From Octopus vulgaris (Eukaryota): a stretch of 64,000 bases of DNA. Numbering within the stretch: the first letter of the stretch is position 1; each line of letters starts with the position of its first letter. Positions 13,185 through 25,899 of the stretch are shown here, piece by piece. The stretch covers positions 4,712,001-4,776,000 of the forward strand of contig OX597819.1 in the NCBI GenBank assembly GCA_951406725.2. Reading direction: 5' to 3'. The position numbers and the translations under genes were made by a program. A model generated the notes under the pieces. That model was given only the letters and a program-made list of their open reading frames with translations. It had not been told where the DNA came from and searched no databases.

Positions 13185-13725
13185 TATCGATTATGTCACA
13201 TTTTTGTGGAACACATCAAGCATGTGTTCGGCAGCTGCCCAGAAATGTCATCAAGGTATACTGCTTCCCTATGCAACAGGTCCCTGGTCGTTAAAATAAT
13301 ATACAATGCCATCCGAAAAAAAAAGACTGTCCTGGAATAAATATAGAGACCTCCCCCTGTTATTGAATACATACATATATAATCATCAACACAAGGAATA
13401 TTGGTGGAACTTCCCTATCAAAATTTCTAACAAGTGTAAACATAACAGCCTGATTTTGCTGCCCTGCTGATGTGTTTCCAAAATCTAAGAGAAAGAGAAT
13501 AACTTCGGACAACTGCTTTCAAATCTCCAGCTTCTATACCCATATCATAAATTCACAATTATACCAATAATATTCGGTGCACTTGGTTTTGTGAATTAAT
13601 GCCAAAGTGACAATTTGGATAAGTTGAGGTTTTCAGATAAAGAATCAACCAGTTAACGCGCACATTAAAGCTACAATCTGTAACCGGAACAGTAAAAATA
13701 TACGAGAATTTTCTCAAGTTTAAAA
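13185..13725 (+). mobile_element. Decayed RLE-clade non-LTR retrotransposon 3' end
   Basis: Broken frames read RLCHIFVEHIKHVFGSCP (CCHC knuckle), WWNFPIKI..KHNSL and IPIIFGALG. Confidence 0.6.
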
Positions 13726-13873
13726 TAAGAATTTGCATTTGTTATCTGCGTTCCCACGATGGAGCTTTGTATTTTCCTTAGAAACCAGCAACCAGCTCTT
13801 TCTTCAGAGGAAGAGTTTAAATACTTTAAAATTAGAAAAGATCATCCACACACACACACACACGCACACACAT

Positions 13874-13932
<59 letters not shown>

Positions 13933-13935
13933 GAA

Positions 13936-13974
<39 letters not shown>

Positions 13975-14182
13975 GAAAATAAAATAAAGGAATTTTGTTA
14001 ATTCGTCGTTCAGCTCCATTCTTTCATTTATTTGTATTACAAAAAACACGCAAATTTCCACACGATAGCACGTGATCTCTGCCCTAGGCATGTAGCTTCA
14101 ACCGTGTTTTTCTGACGTGAATTTGCTACCCAGGTATCGGTTAACCGAATTATCCATAATAAGATAATTCATTCAACTACTC

Positions 14183-14291
<109 letters not shown>

Positions 14292-14788
14292 AAAGGCATC
14301 AGCTGACAACAGATATAGAAAAAGCGAAACGAAAACTGAAGGCATTAGCCCCATCATTGTCAGCTGTGAGATAATATCTTCGTGAAACTACCTTCTCGTG
14401 TGTCATGATGTGATTGTCAGAATAATCTGAAATAAAAATTACAAATTTTAAAAACAGGACTAATAAAGAGAAACAGCTCGAGTTCGATGACACAAAAGTA
14501 TATACACAGACATCACACCATACCATCACACCACACCACACACCACTACACCATACACCACCATACCACACAACATTTACATCACATCACACCACCACGC
14601 ACACACCAGCACTGACATATTCACACCTACACATACACACACGCACACATCAAGGTCACCAGCCCTCTTCCACACGCACATACATACTCTCCGATACATA
14701 CGCACGCGCACCTTCGTTTTGGAATCACCACTACTTTATTATCTCCCCTACTTCCTAGCTCTCCTGTGTGATCTTTCTGTCCGGCATT

Positions 14789-14973
14789 CGCCATGATAGA
14801 TCGCTAGCCACTACATATTCTTTATTTTCTCTCCTTGTTTCTTTCTGTGTTCCTTTCTGTGGAAGAGCGTAGGCTCGAAACGTTAAAGACCTTTTCACTT
14901 CCCGAGCGTTAAACTAATACATCTGTTTGTTGTCTACACCACCTGTCTTCGTCTTTTGTTTTTTGTGAATTCT

Positions 14974-14977
<4 letters not shown>
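14789..14977 (+). mobile_element. Penelope-like terminal-repeat fragment with minimal hammerhead-like motif (14849-14890)
   Basis: Homologous to 5243-5429; CTTT-CTGTGGA-a-GAGC gtag GCTC-GAAA-CG-TT-AAAG. Confidence 0.65.
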
Positions 14978-15021
<44 letters not shown>

Positions 15022-15813
15022 CTGAAGACTGAGGGTTTCGAATGTCCTGTCCGTGTTTGTTGTATCGTCTTCTAAGAGTTTTACGTTCTTGTCCATGTTG
15101 TATTTTTCTACATACCTTAACATATATTCCAGGCGCCCCGTACCCCCCTTAACATTTATGTGAGCACATATTCTTAATAATTGGTACGACTCTCTGTTTG
15201 TCTCTCTCTCTCTCTCATTTTTACTTGATCTGTCCCCCTCTCTCTCTTTTCTCTCTACTCATCCTCTTTTTCTCTTCTCTTTCCTCTGATTCTTTGGTCT
15301 AGTCTTCCACTACCCTCCTATTTCTTTGTCTCGCTCTGCACTCACAGGTCATTCTTCGACACCCATCCCTTCTCCTCTCTGATTCCTTCTTTCTCTCTCT
15401 TCTCTCTCTTTGTTGCGTTTGTCCCTCCTCTCTCTCTCTCTTCCTTTGCTTCTCTTTCTTTTCTTTTCCCTCTTCTCTGTCACGTGACTGTTGGCCGAAA
15501 TCTGCCTTTCAGCCTCTGACCCTCGTTCTGTTAACATCGCTGTTTTCGTCCGCCACTATAAAGGCTTTTTCCATTGCGCCAGAGAAAAAATTTGTTTGCT
15601 TGTTATCAGTCGTAAGACACTGTTGTTTTCACCGTTAATGCTTCTGTATTTCATGTTTCTGTATTCCATTATTGTTTTTTGTTTTTTTATATCTGTCCCT
15701 TTTGCTGTCCTGGTGTTCGTATGCATTCGATCCTTCTTCCAGGAAATCTACGCTTCCAGCTTAGTTTTTCTAATGCTCGTTGCTTGGTTTTTCTTGGAGG
15801 GCTGGCCGTGATC

Positions 15814-15876
15814 TAGTAATCTCAAGATTAATCAGCCGAAATTACTACGATGATCCGGTTCTTGACTGAAGACTGA
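15814..15876 (+). ncRNA. Non-circularly permuted hammerhead-like motif, array unit 1
   Basis: TAGTAA-TC-TCAAGA ... GAAA-TTACTA ... TCTTGA-CTGAAGA; helices I and III complementary. Confidence 0.7.
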
Positions 15877-16658
15877 GGGTTTCGAATGTCCTGTCCGTGT
15901 TTATTGTGTCGTCTTCTAAGAGTTATACGGTCTTGTCCATGTTGTATTTTTCTACATACCTTAACATATATTCCAGGCGCCCCGTACCCCCCTTAACATT
16001 TATGTGAGCACATATTCTTAATAATTGGTACGACTCTCTGTTTGTCTCTCTCTCTCTCTCATTTTTACTTGATCTGTCCCCCTCTCTCTCTTTTCTCTCT
16101 ACTCATCCTCTTTTTCTCTTCTCTTTCCTCTGATTCTTTGGTCTAGTCTTCCACTACCCTCCTATTTCTTTGTCTCGCTCTGCACTCACAGGTCATTCTT
16201 CGACACCCATCCCTTCTCCTCTCTGATTCCTTCTTTCTCTCTCTTCTCTCTCTTTGTTGCGTTTGTCCCTCCTCTCTCTCTCTCTTCCTTTGCTTCTCTT
16301 TCTTTTCTTTTCCCTCTTCTCTGTCACGTGACTGTTGGCCGAAATCTGCCTTTCAGCCTCTGACCCTCGTTCTGTTAACATCGCTGTTTTCGTCCGCCAC
16401 TATAAAGGCTTTTTCCATTGCGCCAGAGAAAAAATTTGTTTGCTTGTTATCAGTCGTAAGACACTGTTGTTTTCACCGTTAATGCTTCTGTATTTCATGT
16501 TTCTGTATTCCATTATTGTTTTTTTGTTTTTTTATATCTGTCCCTTTTGCTGTCCTGGTGTTCGTATGCATTCGATCCTTCTTCCAGGAAATCTACGCTT
16601 CCAGCTTAGTTTTTCTAATGCTCGTTGCTTGGTTTTTCTTGGAGGGCTGGCCGTGATC

Positions 16659-16721
16659 TAGTAATCTCAAGATTAATCAGCCGAAATTACTACGATGATC
16701 CGGTTCTTGACTGAAGACTGA
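16659..16721 (+). ncRNA. Non-circularly permuted hammerhead-like motif, array unit 2
   Basis: Identical to 15814-15876, shifted by 845 bp. Confidence 0.7.
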
Positions 16722-16805
16722 GGGTTTCGAATGTCCTGTCCGTGTTTATTGTGTCGTCTTCTAAGAGTTATACGGTCTTGTCCATGTTGTATTTTTCTAC
16801 ATACC

Positions 16806-16841
<36 letters not shown>

Positions 16842-17379
16842 TGAATGATGAGAGAGTCTAATTACTTTTGCTATGTCTGTGCATAGTTGAAAATTGTTGA
16901 AAATTGTTGAAAATTAGTTTAAAATGCAATAGAACTGATATTCTTAAGAGTGCAAAATGAAATTATGCTCTGCTGTCGAAGTCAGCTGGCTCCTTGCAGA
17001 AAATATGATGAAATAAATATCAGAATAATGTAGGATCTTTTCTGTTGCTATCACAGTTTTTAATTTTTTTTAAATTTTGCTTCAATCATTTTCAAATTTG
17101 GTGAACTGATGTAGTTTTGTATGCAAATGAAAATCAGATTCATTTTTGCCATAAATTAATAGATAAAAAGTTAATAGCTTTTAAAATTTACAAGTAATTT
17201 TGGGTAATGTTAGGCAATTGCAAACCACAGACATATCGGTGCCGTTTTCCATTGTAACATGCCACATAGTCTGCTTAAACTCCTACAGCCACGTGTATTG
17301 TCTCTGCGTGTCTATTTTCTTAGACAAGTGCCTATTTTCTGAATGTCTCCACAACCTCATGTTTGTGGTTTTGTGTGGA

Positions 17380-17470
17380 ATAACTGGAGATGAGCTACTG
17401 GACGGTTGTTGATTACAACTGCTATGCTCGTGAAATATGTGCGGACGTCTTGCTCGAAACAATGCCCACA
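17380..17470 (+). mobile_element. Possible Merlin/IS1595-like transposase remnant
   Basis: TVVDYNCYAREICADVLL resembles the TVVDWxNFCREVC motif; short match only. Confidence 0.35.
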
Positions 17471-17933
17471 TATCTGGATCGCACAAAAACGGTTGATGCA
17501 AAATTTACAAATCTAGTACCAAAATCACACAATGTTATTGGAACAACAGGATATATACTAACTTTCTTGGGTGAAAGTATAGCAGTACTTACAGTTTTAG
17601 ATGAAGAACATAGCTCAGTAATTCTTGCACAAGTGATCTTCATAACTGTAACAATAAAATTAGTAAGATCTTCTGAAAATTGAAGAGTTTAATGATTACA
17701 AAAAAGAACAGCCTTTTCTATTATATATTTTATTTATGACCTGGCTACAGTGCAGGTGATTATTCAAAATAAACTATAAAACTCTATCAGAAAAAGAATA
17801 CAAAATATACATATGTCTGTTTGTCTAAATATCGTACATACATATGCATCCAAATGTATCCATTCACATATATGTGGGTGTGTATGCGTATGTATATATT
17901 TATTTACCTATTTATATATACATGTGTGTATGT

Positions 17934-18416
17934 GTGTCAGGTAATGCTGAATAAGTGCTATGGATAGACCATAGTTAAGTTCCAAGACTCGGTGATTATG
18001 CGAAAAAGGGGTCCATCGTAGGTCATATATCAGCGTGTGTATATAAAAAGATTTTTTTCGTAATGAGATAAAAAAACCCAGGACTGTATAGATTTTAGAA
18101 CATTTATAAATAGGTCTTACAGCTGTTTCTAGGATATTTATTATATCCCTTCATCGGAGACGGTGTGAGAAAATGGTTAAGTAATCGTTAATTTAGATAA
18201 GATACGAAATAGAGAGTGAAGTGGAAGAATGAAAATAGATGTGAGATATGCAGGGATATTGTATTTGTAGATTCATTATTTAGGCAGAATGGTATACATA
18301 TAAGATTCCAATACCTTGTGAGTAAAATCCAATACTATTTAAAATTGGTCATTCCAAATATAGAGTTTATACACAGTGTTATTGAACCAAGGGTTTTACT
18401 TAAAGTTTTTATTTAT
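17934..18416 (-). mobile_element. Penelope-like non-autonomous element with type I hammerhead motif (18114-18161)
   Basis: Reverse complement of 45156-45621; carries the CCGATGA...GAAA-CAGCTG-TA motif. Confidence 0.75.
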
Positions 18417-18464
18417 ATGTGTGTGTATGTGTGTGTGTGTGTGTGTGTGCGTGCGTGCGTGTGT

Positions 18465-18521
<57 letters not shown>

Positions 18522-18544
18522 CGTGCGTGTGGATGCGCGTGACT

Positions 18545-18795
18545 TTGTCACGGTTTTGGTGTTGCACTCATGATCGTAAAGGTGTGGTTTCGATCCCTGA
18601 CCCTGATGATACATTTGGTTCTTGAGCAAAACAATTCCTTTCACGTTCCACCTGTCCGCTCGGCTGGTAAGAATGAATAATCCAGGGACGGATCGGCGTC
18701 TCGTCCGGGGTTGGAGATGAAGTATATACGTCACAGAAACCGGCCTTATAAGGAAACCGGCCTTATGAGCCTAAGGCTCGGGGAAGACCTTTCAT
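18545..18795 (+). mobile_element. Diverged tRNA/CORE-like SINE
   Basis: GGTTTCGATCCC B box, TTCTTGAGCAA core, GAAACCGGCC.TATGAGCC tail shared with 37006-37292. Confidence 0.65.
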
Positions 18796-18805
18796 CATTT
18801 ATATG

Positions 18806-18833
18806 CACACACACACGCACGCGCGCACGCACT

Positions 18834-18865
<32 letters not shown>

Positions 18866-18971
18866 CATACATACATGCATGCATACATACATACATACAT
18901 ACATATATACATACATACATACATACATATATACATACATACATACATACATATATACATACATACATACA

Positions 18972-19005
<34 letters not shown>

Positions 19006-19061
19006 CATACATACATATATACATACATACATACATACATACATGCATGCATGCATGCATG

Positions 19062-19093
<32 letters not shown>

Positions 19094-19175
19094 CATACAT
19101 ATATACATACATACATACATACATATATACATACATACATACATACATATATACATACATATATACATACATATA

Positions 19176-19209
<34 letters not shown>

Positions 19210-19343
19210 CATACATATATACATACATATATACATACATATATACATACATACATATATACATACATACATACATACATATATACATACATACATATAT
19301 ACATGCATACATACATACATACTTGCATGCATGCATGCATACA

Positions 19344-19377
<34 letters not shown>

Positions 19378-19406
19378 CATACATACATATATACATACAT
19401 ACATAT

Positions 19407-19437
<31 letters not shown>

Positions 19438-19561
19438 CATACATACATATACATACATACATACATACATATATACATACATACATATATACATACATAC
19501 ATATATACATACATACATACATACATACATACATACATACATACATACATACATACATACA

Positions 19562-19595
<34 letters not shown>

Positions 19596-19809
19596 CATAC
19601 ATCCATCCATCCATACATACATACATACATACATGCATGCATGCATGCATGCATACATGCATGCATACATACATACATACATACATACATACATACATAC
19701 ATACATGCATGCATGCATGCATACATACATACATACATACATACATACATACATACATACACACATACATACATACATACATACATACATACATACATAC
19801 ATACATACA

Positions 19810-19841
<32 letters not shown>

Positions 19842-19850
19842 CATACATCC
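18806..19850. repeat. ~1-kb (CATA)n/(CATG)/(TA) compound microsatellite
   Basis: Direct reading; source of the 270-400 aa YIHT and MYVC ORFs. Confidence 0.95.
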
Positions 19851-20685
19851 ATAGCTTGACCTGTCTGAACTGGCGGCAAGATAGAATAAGAATGTTTGTG
19901 TATGTGTGTGTGTGTGCGCGCGTGTGCCTATGTGCGTATGTGTATGTGTCTGTTTTGTTTCTGTGTGTGCGAAAATGTGAAAAAAAGATAAAAATGCAAG
20001 ATGTCAACTGATTTTCAAGAAATTTTTTCTAGAATTAAGCAAATACATTTTCCCAACACTTTTATGTATTTAATTATAATGCCGTTCGTCATAAGACACC
20101 TGTGCTTGTGTATTAATGTCTGCCAGTCTTCCATTTGTGCCTTTCTATCCACTAACATATACTTGCTATTCTATTCTACTTTAGAGTCATTCGAGAGATC
20201 AATATCTATTTCAGTTTTGTTTGTGCTATACACACGTGGTTAATAGACGAGTTGATAAGAATATAATGTTATTACTCAAGTGAAAAGTTTGGAGATGAAT
20301 CGGGAAACACAAAGAAATATATTTTTTTACAAAAGAGACCAGTATTAATGTTTTCTTATGTTGCGCTTTCATATTTCTGAATATAATATGAATCAGGCGC
20401 TCGGAAGCTACTTCGATTTATTTGTTGTTGAGTGTATTGAAACACCTTACTTATCATGCGCTTGATTTATTAAATGTTCTTAAAGTGGAAAAAATCTACT
20501 TTAATTTATAAAAATACTTTTCTTACAATAAAGTTAAAAGATGAAATATAAAATAATTTCTCTTTTTTTTTTACCCCTATTACAGGAAAACAAAAACTAA
20601 AATACGTTGAGGATGATATTAATAATAATTTCTACTATATATATAAGGCCTGAAATTTTGGAGCGAGGGTTAGTAGATTACATCG

Positions 20686-21065
20686 GTGGAGGCGCAATGG
20701 CCCAGTGGTTAGGGCAGCGAACTCGCGGTCGTAGGATCGCGGTTTCGATTCCCAGACCGGGCATTGTGAGTGTTTATTGAGCGAAAGCACCTAAAGCTTC
20801 ACAAGGCTCCTGCAGGGGGTGGGTGAACCCTGCTGTACTCTTTCACCACAACTTTCTCTCACTCTTTCTTCCTGTTTCTCTTGTACCTGTATTTCAAAGG
20901 GCCAGCCTTGTCACACTCTGTGTCACGCTGAATCTCCTCGATAACTACGTTAAGGGTGCATGTGCCTGTGGAATGCTCAGCCACTTGCACGTTAATTCCA
21001 CGAGCAAGCTGTTCCGTTGATCGTATCAGCTGGGACCCTCATCGTCGTAACCGACGGAGTGCTCC
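20686..21065 (+). mobile_element. SINE family B nested in a family C SINE (20627-21212, -), 12-bp TSD
   Basis: TAGATTACATCG at 20674-20685 and 21066-21077. Confidence 0.9.
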
Positions 21066-21224
21066 TAGATTACATCGACTCCCATAGATCAACTATTACA
21101 TTTTTTTTATCGAAGGATAAAAATCGTAGTGGACCTCAGCAGAATTTGAACTCAAAACATAAAGACGAACGAAACATTTTTTTCAGCGTGCTGTCGATTC
21201 GGCCAGCGCGCTGACTTAATAATT

Positions 21225-21425
21225 CTTTCTATTATAGGCAGATGGCCTGAAATTTTGGGGAGGGGGCTAATCGATTACAACGGCCCCAGTGCTTAACTGT
21301 CATTTTTTTATCGACTCCGAAAGGTTAAAAGACAAATTCGATTCAGCGGAATTTGTGCTCCAAAAATACAAAATGCCACAAAGCATTTTGTCCGATGTAC
21401 TAACCATTCTGCCAGTTCTCCGCCG
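21225..21425 (-). mobile_element. SINE family C, diverged
   Basis: TTATCGAC.CCGAAAGG.T.AAAG.CAAA and TTCTGCCAG.T. Confidence 0.75.
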
Positions 21426-21499
21426 TAGACAAATGCAGAATGTGAGGTGAGAGGGGTAAAACGTTAGCAAATGCGCGAAATTGGCACAACGCGATTACA

Positions 21500-22127
21500 A
21501 AAAAAACAACATGACAATGTGTCAAGAATTCGAAATCGGAGAGCTCTGTGGAAATCACGGCCTACAAAGAGCAAAGATGTGGAATGAGAAACCCCAGCAG
21601 GAGTCACCGAAAATAAAGATTGCAAAATCCTGTGGGATTTAGAGCGATCATGTGACCAGACAATGGAAATCGGACATTATTGTTGAAGAAAGAACTCGCA
21701 TGATAATCGATAAAGCATGTCCCAGTGACATCAGGATCCTTCAGAAGAAAAACTGAACAACTACAACGATCTGAAGTCGGAAATACAAAGGTTATGGCCA
21801 ATAAGGTGATTGGTGCACTTGAAAGTATCAGCACCCAACTACCAACGTAGCTCAAAAGGATTGGTGCAAATGTAAAGATGGAACACCTATAAAAAATCTG
21901 CACTGTTTGGAACAGCACGAATTCTTCACATTATTCTTGAGCACGACCAGTAAACAAGCGTTACCTTACTCTGTTGGCTGCGGACAGCTGACACTTTCCA
22001 TCATACCCGACAAAATAAGATGAGATTTTTCATCAAAGAAAAAGAAGAAGAAGAAGAAGAAGAAGAAGAAGAAGAAGAAGAAGAAGAAGAAGAAGAAGAA
22101 GAAGAAGAAGAAGAAGAAGAAGAAGAA
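21500..22127 (+). mobile_element. R4/Dong-like RLE LINE 3' end with (AAG)n tail
   Basis: Broken frames give ENKDCKILWD, IID.ACP, VIGAL and KSALFGTARIL; 3' end GAGATTTTTCATCAAAGAA also at 35107-35168 (-). Confidence 0.75.
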
Positions 22128-22617
22128 GGGAGACCTCCGGGCTAAATAACAACGTGGGCGTACATTAAGAAGCTCTCTCCACAAAACAAACTTAATCCAG
22201 TAACAACGGTGCAATGGAAGGAAAACTTCGCGATACATCTGGGGGGGGGGGGAGTTCTGTTAAAGCAGAGCAATTAAAAATCGGAAGGATTTTTGTTAAA
22301 TCCAGTGTAGTTTCTTTCTTAAATGCAAGATATTTTAATGTGACACACGCAAGATGTTGAAACCAGCACCAGGAACCCTGGAAAAACACACCAAAAACAC
22401 CATTTACACAATAAGTACGTAAATTGAATAATTACCTATACATACATCCATGTGCACATGGCTAATATTTACATAAATAATGACTACACGACACACACAG
22501 AAAATAAAAGAAAAACACGTGTCACGAGCGACGCAGAACCAAACAAAAACAAAGCGACTTGCCACAAACGAATATAAAAAGGACTAAATTAGTCACTCAG
22601 TTTAAAACATCATTAAA

Positions 22618-22743
22618 CAGCCTGAATTTTGTGGTGAGGTACTAGTCGATTACATCGGCCCTAGTGGTTTCACTGGTACTTAATTTATCGATCCCGAAAG
22701 GATGAAAGGCAAAGTCGACCTCGGAGGAATTTGAACTCAGAAC
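22618..22743 (-). mobile_element. SINE family C fragment
   Basis: GAAAGGATGAAAGGCAAAGTCGACCTCGG.GGAATTTGAACTCAGAAC. Confidence 0.8.
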
Positions 22744-24950
22744 AGAGCTACCAGCTTCTGTCTTAATTTAACTACGAACAGTTGAGAAGGAAACAGCTTG
22801 AAAGCTACACACACACACACACACACACACACCTGTGTGGAATCGTGTAGCAAGCGTTTGTCTCGGGCTCTCAGAGACCAAATTGCAGGTTTGTTGTCAT
22901 GGCGCGCTGAACCGATTTCGTGGGAACGCAAAGTACGCGTCACGTTGAATAAATGTACAAGAAACTATTCTTACCACTAACTCATCGATTGTAATTTTTT
23001 TTCTCTCTTCTAATTTTTCCCAATATTTTCCCTTTTTTAATTCGCTTACTAGACGTCCGAAGAAATCCGTTTACTCTGCAGCGATCGAGGCATTGATGGT
23101 CACCAGTCTAAAGGCAGCTCACGACCGTTTCTTTTCATTCTATGTATCTTGCTGCTTGTGTTTGTTTTTTTTCTTTTTTTTTTTTTCTTTTTCGATTAGA
23201 ACTTTGAGGATCCCTTGAAGAAAAGTATGTCAGTTCTATACTAAAGAGCCATCGTTGTTCTCATTGTTGTCGTTATTGCCGTTATTAATCCTCAAATCAG
23301 CTTTGATTATGTTCGCCTCTGGTGGGATATTTCGCTGCTATTTCTGATAAGTCAAGTAGTCATGTTGGCTCATACAGAACTTCGAGAATGATAGAAAATG
23401 CAAGCCATATATTTCTTATTTATCAAACAGAAACGATATAAAACCAAAAATCAATGTTACATTTTCTGCTTCTCGATATTTTATAATTATCAATGGGTGA
23501 TTAGCCTTATTAATGCCATAAAATTGTAAATTAAGAATAGAGAAATTTGTGATTTTTTCAAAGAAATTAGTTATGTAAGTGAAGTGAAACCGAAATCCAG
23601 ACTGTTTTTCTAATATTTCAATCAAAAATACATTTTTTTATTCATAAAATAATCCCTCCAGGTTAATGTTGACCCTTATAGCCTTTAGTTAGAGAGGCAA
23701 CCATTCTGATAGTCAAACTCTTTCTATCACTGAAACAGAAACTTCTATATTACGATAGAAAGAAAGTGCATCGCTTTCAAAATGATGGAGGCTTTAGAAG
23801 TCGTGGCAGTTTGACTTGATGGAATGAATTAGTTGATTAATGATCTTTCTTATCTTGCTAAGCACCCAGGATAGCTCACCGTTGTGTATAACCAGACCAA
23901 GAGCAGAATGACTAAGTGCCATCGATCAACCAACCAATTAAAACTAAAATACTTCTAAGCTACTGTTAATTTGTTTTTCTGTTGGATTCGTTTCTGCTTT
24001 CTCTCGATAATTTCCCGTTCTTATTCTTTTTAATGTTACTTTCTTTTCTTCTTTGACGACGAGATCTGTCAGTAATTGCCTAGATGTGATAATTAGTGCC
24101 AATATATCATTTATTGATTTTTTACCATCACGAATAACGACGTTAAAGTAATTACTTCTACCGTTGCATACTTTGTTTTGTGATGTATTCTTAAAAGAAA
24201 GTGCATCGCTTTCAAAATGATGCCTTGGTGCCATTCTGCTAAACAGCCACCGCAATATCTTTAGGAATATCTACGAAGATAAAACAACTGATCGCCTTAA
24301 ACAGATAAAATTCAACGAAATAGTTTACTGAGAAAAATTATGTGGAAATAATTTGGTTGGCTGGAATTTAGCTGGATATCTTAATCCTACGATTGTATTT
24401 CCTTGCGTCCAAATCGATTGTTCCTTTAGAATTCTGACAATGAATCCTGTTTTAAAATCATAGTTCATGTGCAAATGTCACTCCTTTTAAAAAAAAAAAG
24501 ACGGGCTTCATCCGAACCCGTGATTCCCAAAACTGAGAATTCTTAGTTTAGCTTTGTTGTTAATTTATTGGAGTATTATTTACTAAAATACTGTAATATG
24601 CTAAAATACTGACGATACAGTAATCTGGAAAGTATCTAGAAATACATTCTAGAAACATCAGGTGAAGAAGTGAACCGGGGATAAAATATGGTTGCATTGT
24701 TTCCCAGTCTCGACTAGTTAAAAGAACAGACAACCAAATGAGCCAATATGGGAGCGTTTACTAGGTTGGTCACTAGAAAGAGCATAGAAATCACACCCTA
24801 CAGTTTTCACATTGGAGTTAAGCAGCAAAAACAGCAACAAGTCACAAGCATAAAGCGCTAAAGCAAATGCCTGGAAGAATACTAACTTCTCTTTAACAAA
24901 CATGCATGATTCAAAATCTTATTCTAGTCAGAGATATAAAGACGTGAATA

Positions 24951-25182
24951 AGGCCGTGAGCTGGCAGAAACGTTAGCACGCCGGGCGACCTGCGTAGCCG
25001 TATTTCGTCTGTCGTTACGTTCCGAGTTCAAATTCCGCCGAGGTCGACTTTGCCTTTCATCCTTTCGGGGTCGATAAATTAAGTACCAGTTACGCACTGG
25101 GGTCGATGTAATCGACTTAATCCCTTTGTCTGTCCTTGTTTGTCCCCTCTGTGTTTAGCCCCTTGTGGGTAGTAAAGAAATA
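24951..25182 (+). mobile_element. SINE family C, full length
   Basis: Head GAGCTGGCAGAAACGTTAGCACGCCGGGCG through tail GTAAAGAAATA. Confidence 0.9.
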
Positions 25183-25899
25183 TATATAGACGGGAATCTT
25201 TTGTTTTATTCAATACTATCCCAGTAATTATTAGTTTGGTAGTTAAACACAGAGCTGCTTCTCAGTCGAATCAGCTTTAGTATGTTATTGGTATTTCTTT
25301 TATCAACGTCAGAAGGACTGAGTTCTTATTAGACTTCAACAGCGAAGGTACAGACTTCGCTTTTTGGTACAGACTCTGCCATTACTTCCTAGCTTTATCG
25401 TAATTAGTTTACAGTAGAGAATGTTCATAAATAAAACGTTGAGTAACACTGTTAAATGGAATGAACAAATAATTTGATTGTAGATATAGATTATCTTTTC
25501 GGTGTTTTAACGTAAGGAATAACTGAATAACTGCAATAATATTTACATGCGCTAATAAGAAAAATATTGAGCCGCTGCTGTGTGACACGTGGTGGTACAA
25601 TAACAGTTAGTGGGAGCAAAAAAAGAATCCGATAGATCATCATTGTCAGAACTTATTTAAATGTGTTTGGTATTCTCGGCACACCATCTCCTTGTACAGC
25701 TCAGTGTAGGAACTGAGATGATTACGAGTTCTTGTCATTTTTATTAGCATCGTTAAGTCTTTTGCTTAGAATTGGTGAAAAATTGCTTTGGATTTGAGTA
25801 GGTGCATAATATGGAGTTTTTCTGTAACACAGAGATTGTTGTCCAAAAATTTGCAAACCTTCCTCTATAAATGCTTACTCTTTATCAATATCCTTTGAA

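Larger units (their letters stand above)
15020..16809 (+). repeat. Head-to-tail tandem array of a ~845-bp unit (2.1 copies), Penelope-like or retrozyme-like
   Basis: GACTGAAGACTGAGGG starts at 15020, 15864 and 16709; units near-identical; flanked by (TA)n. Confidence 0.92.

Noticed and set aside
18711-20011. Long ORFs of 270-400 aa (YIHT, MYVC)
   Set aside because: Stop-free translation of (CATA)n; same for the ORFs at 12.7 kb, 32.5 kb, 49.6 kb and 52.3 kb
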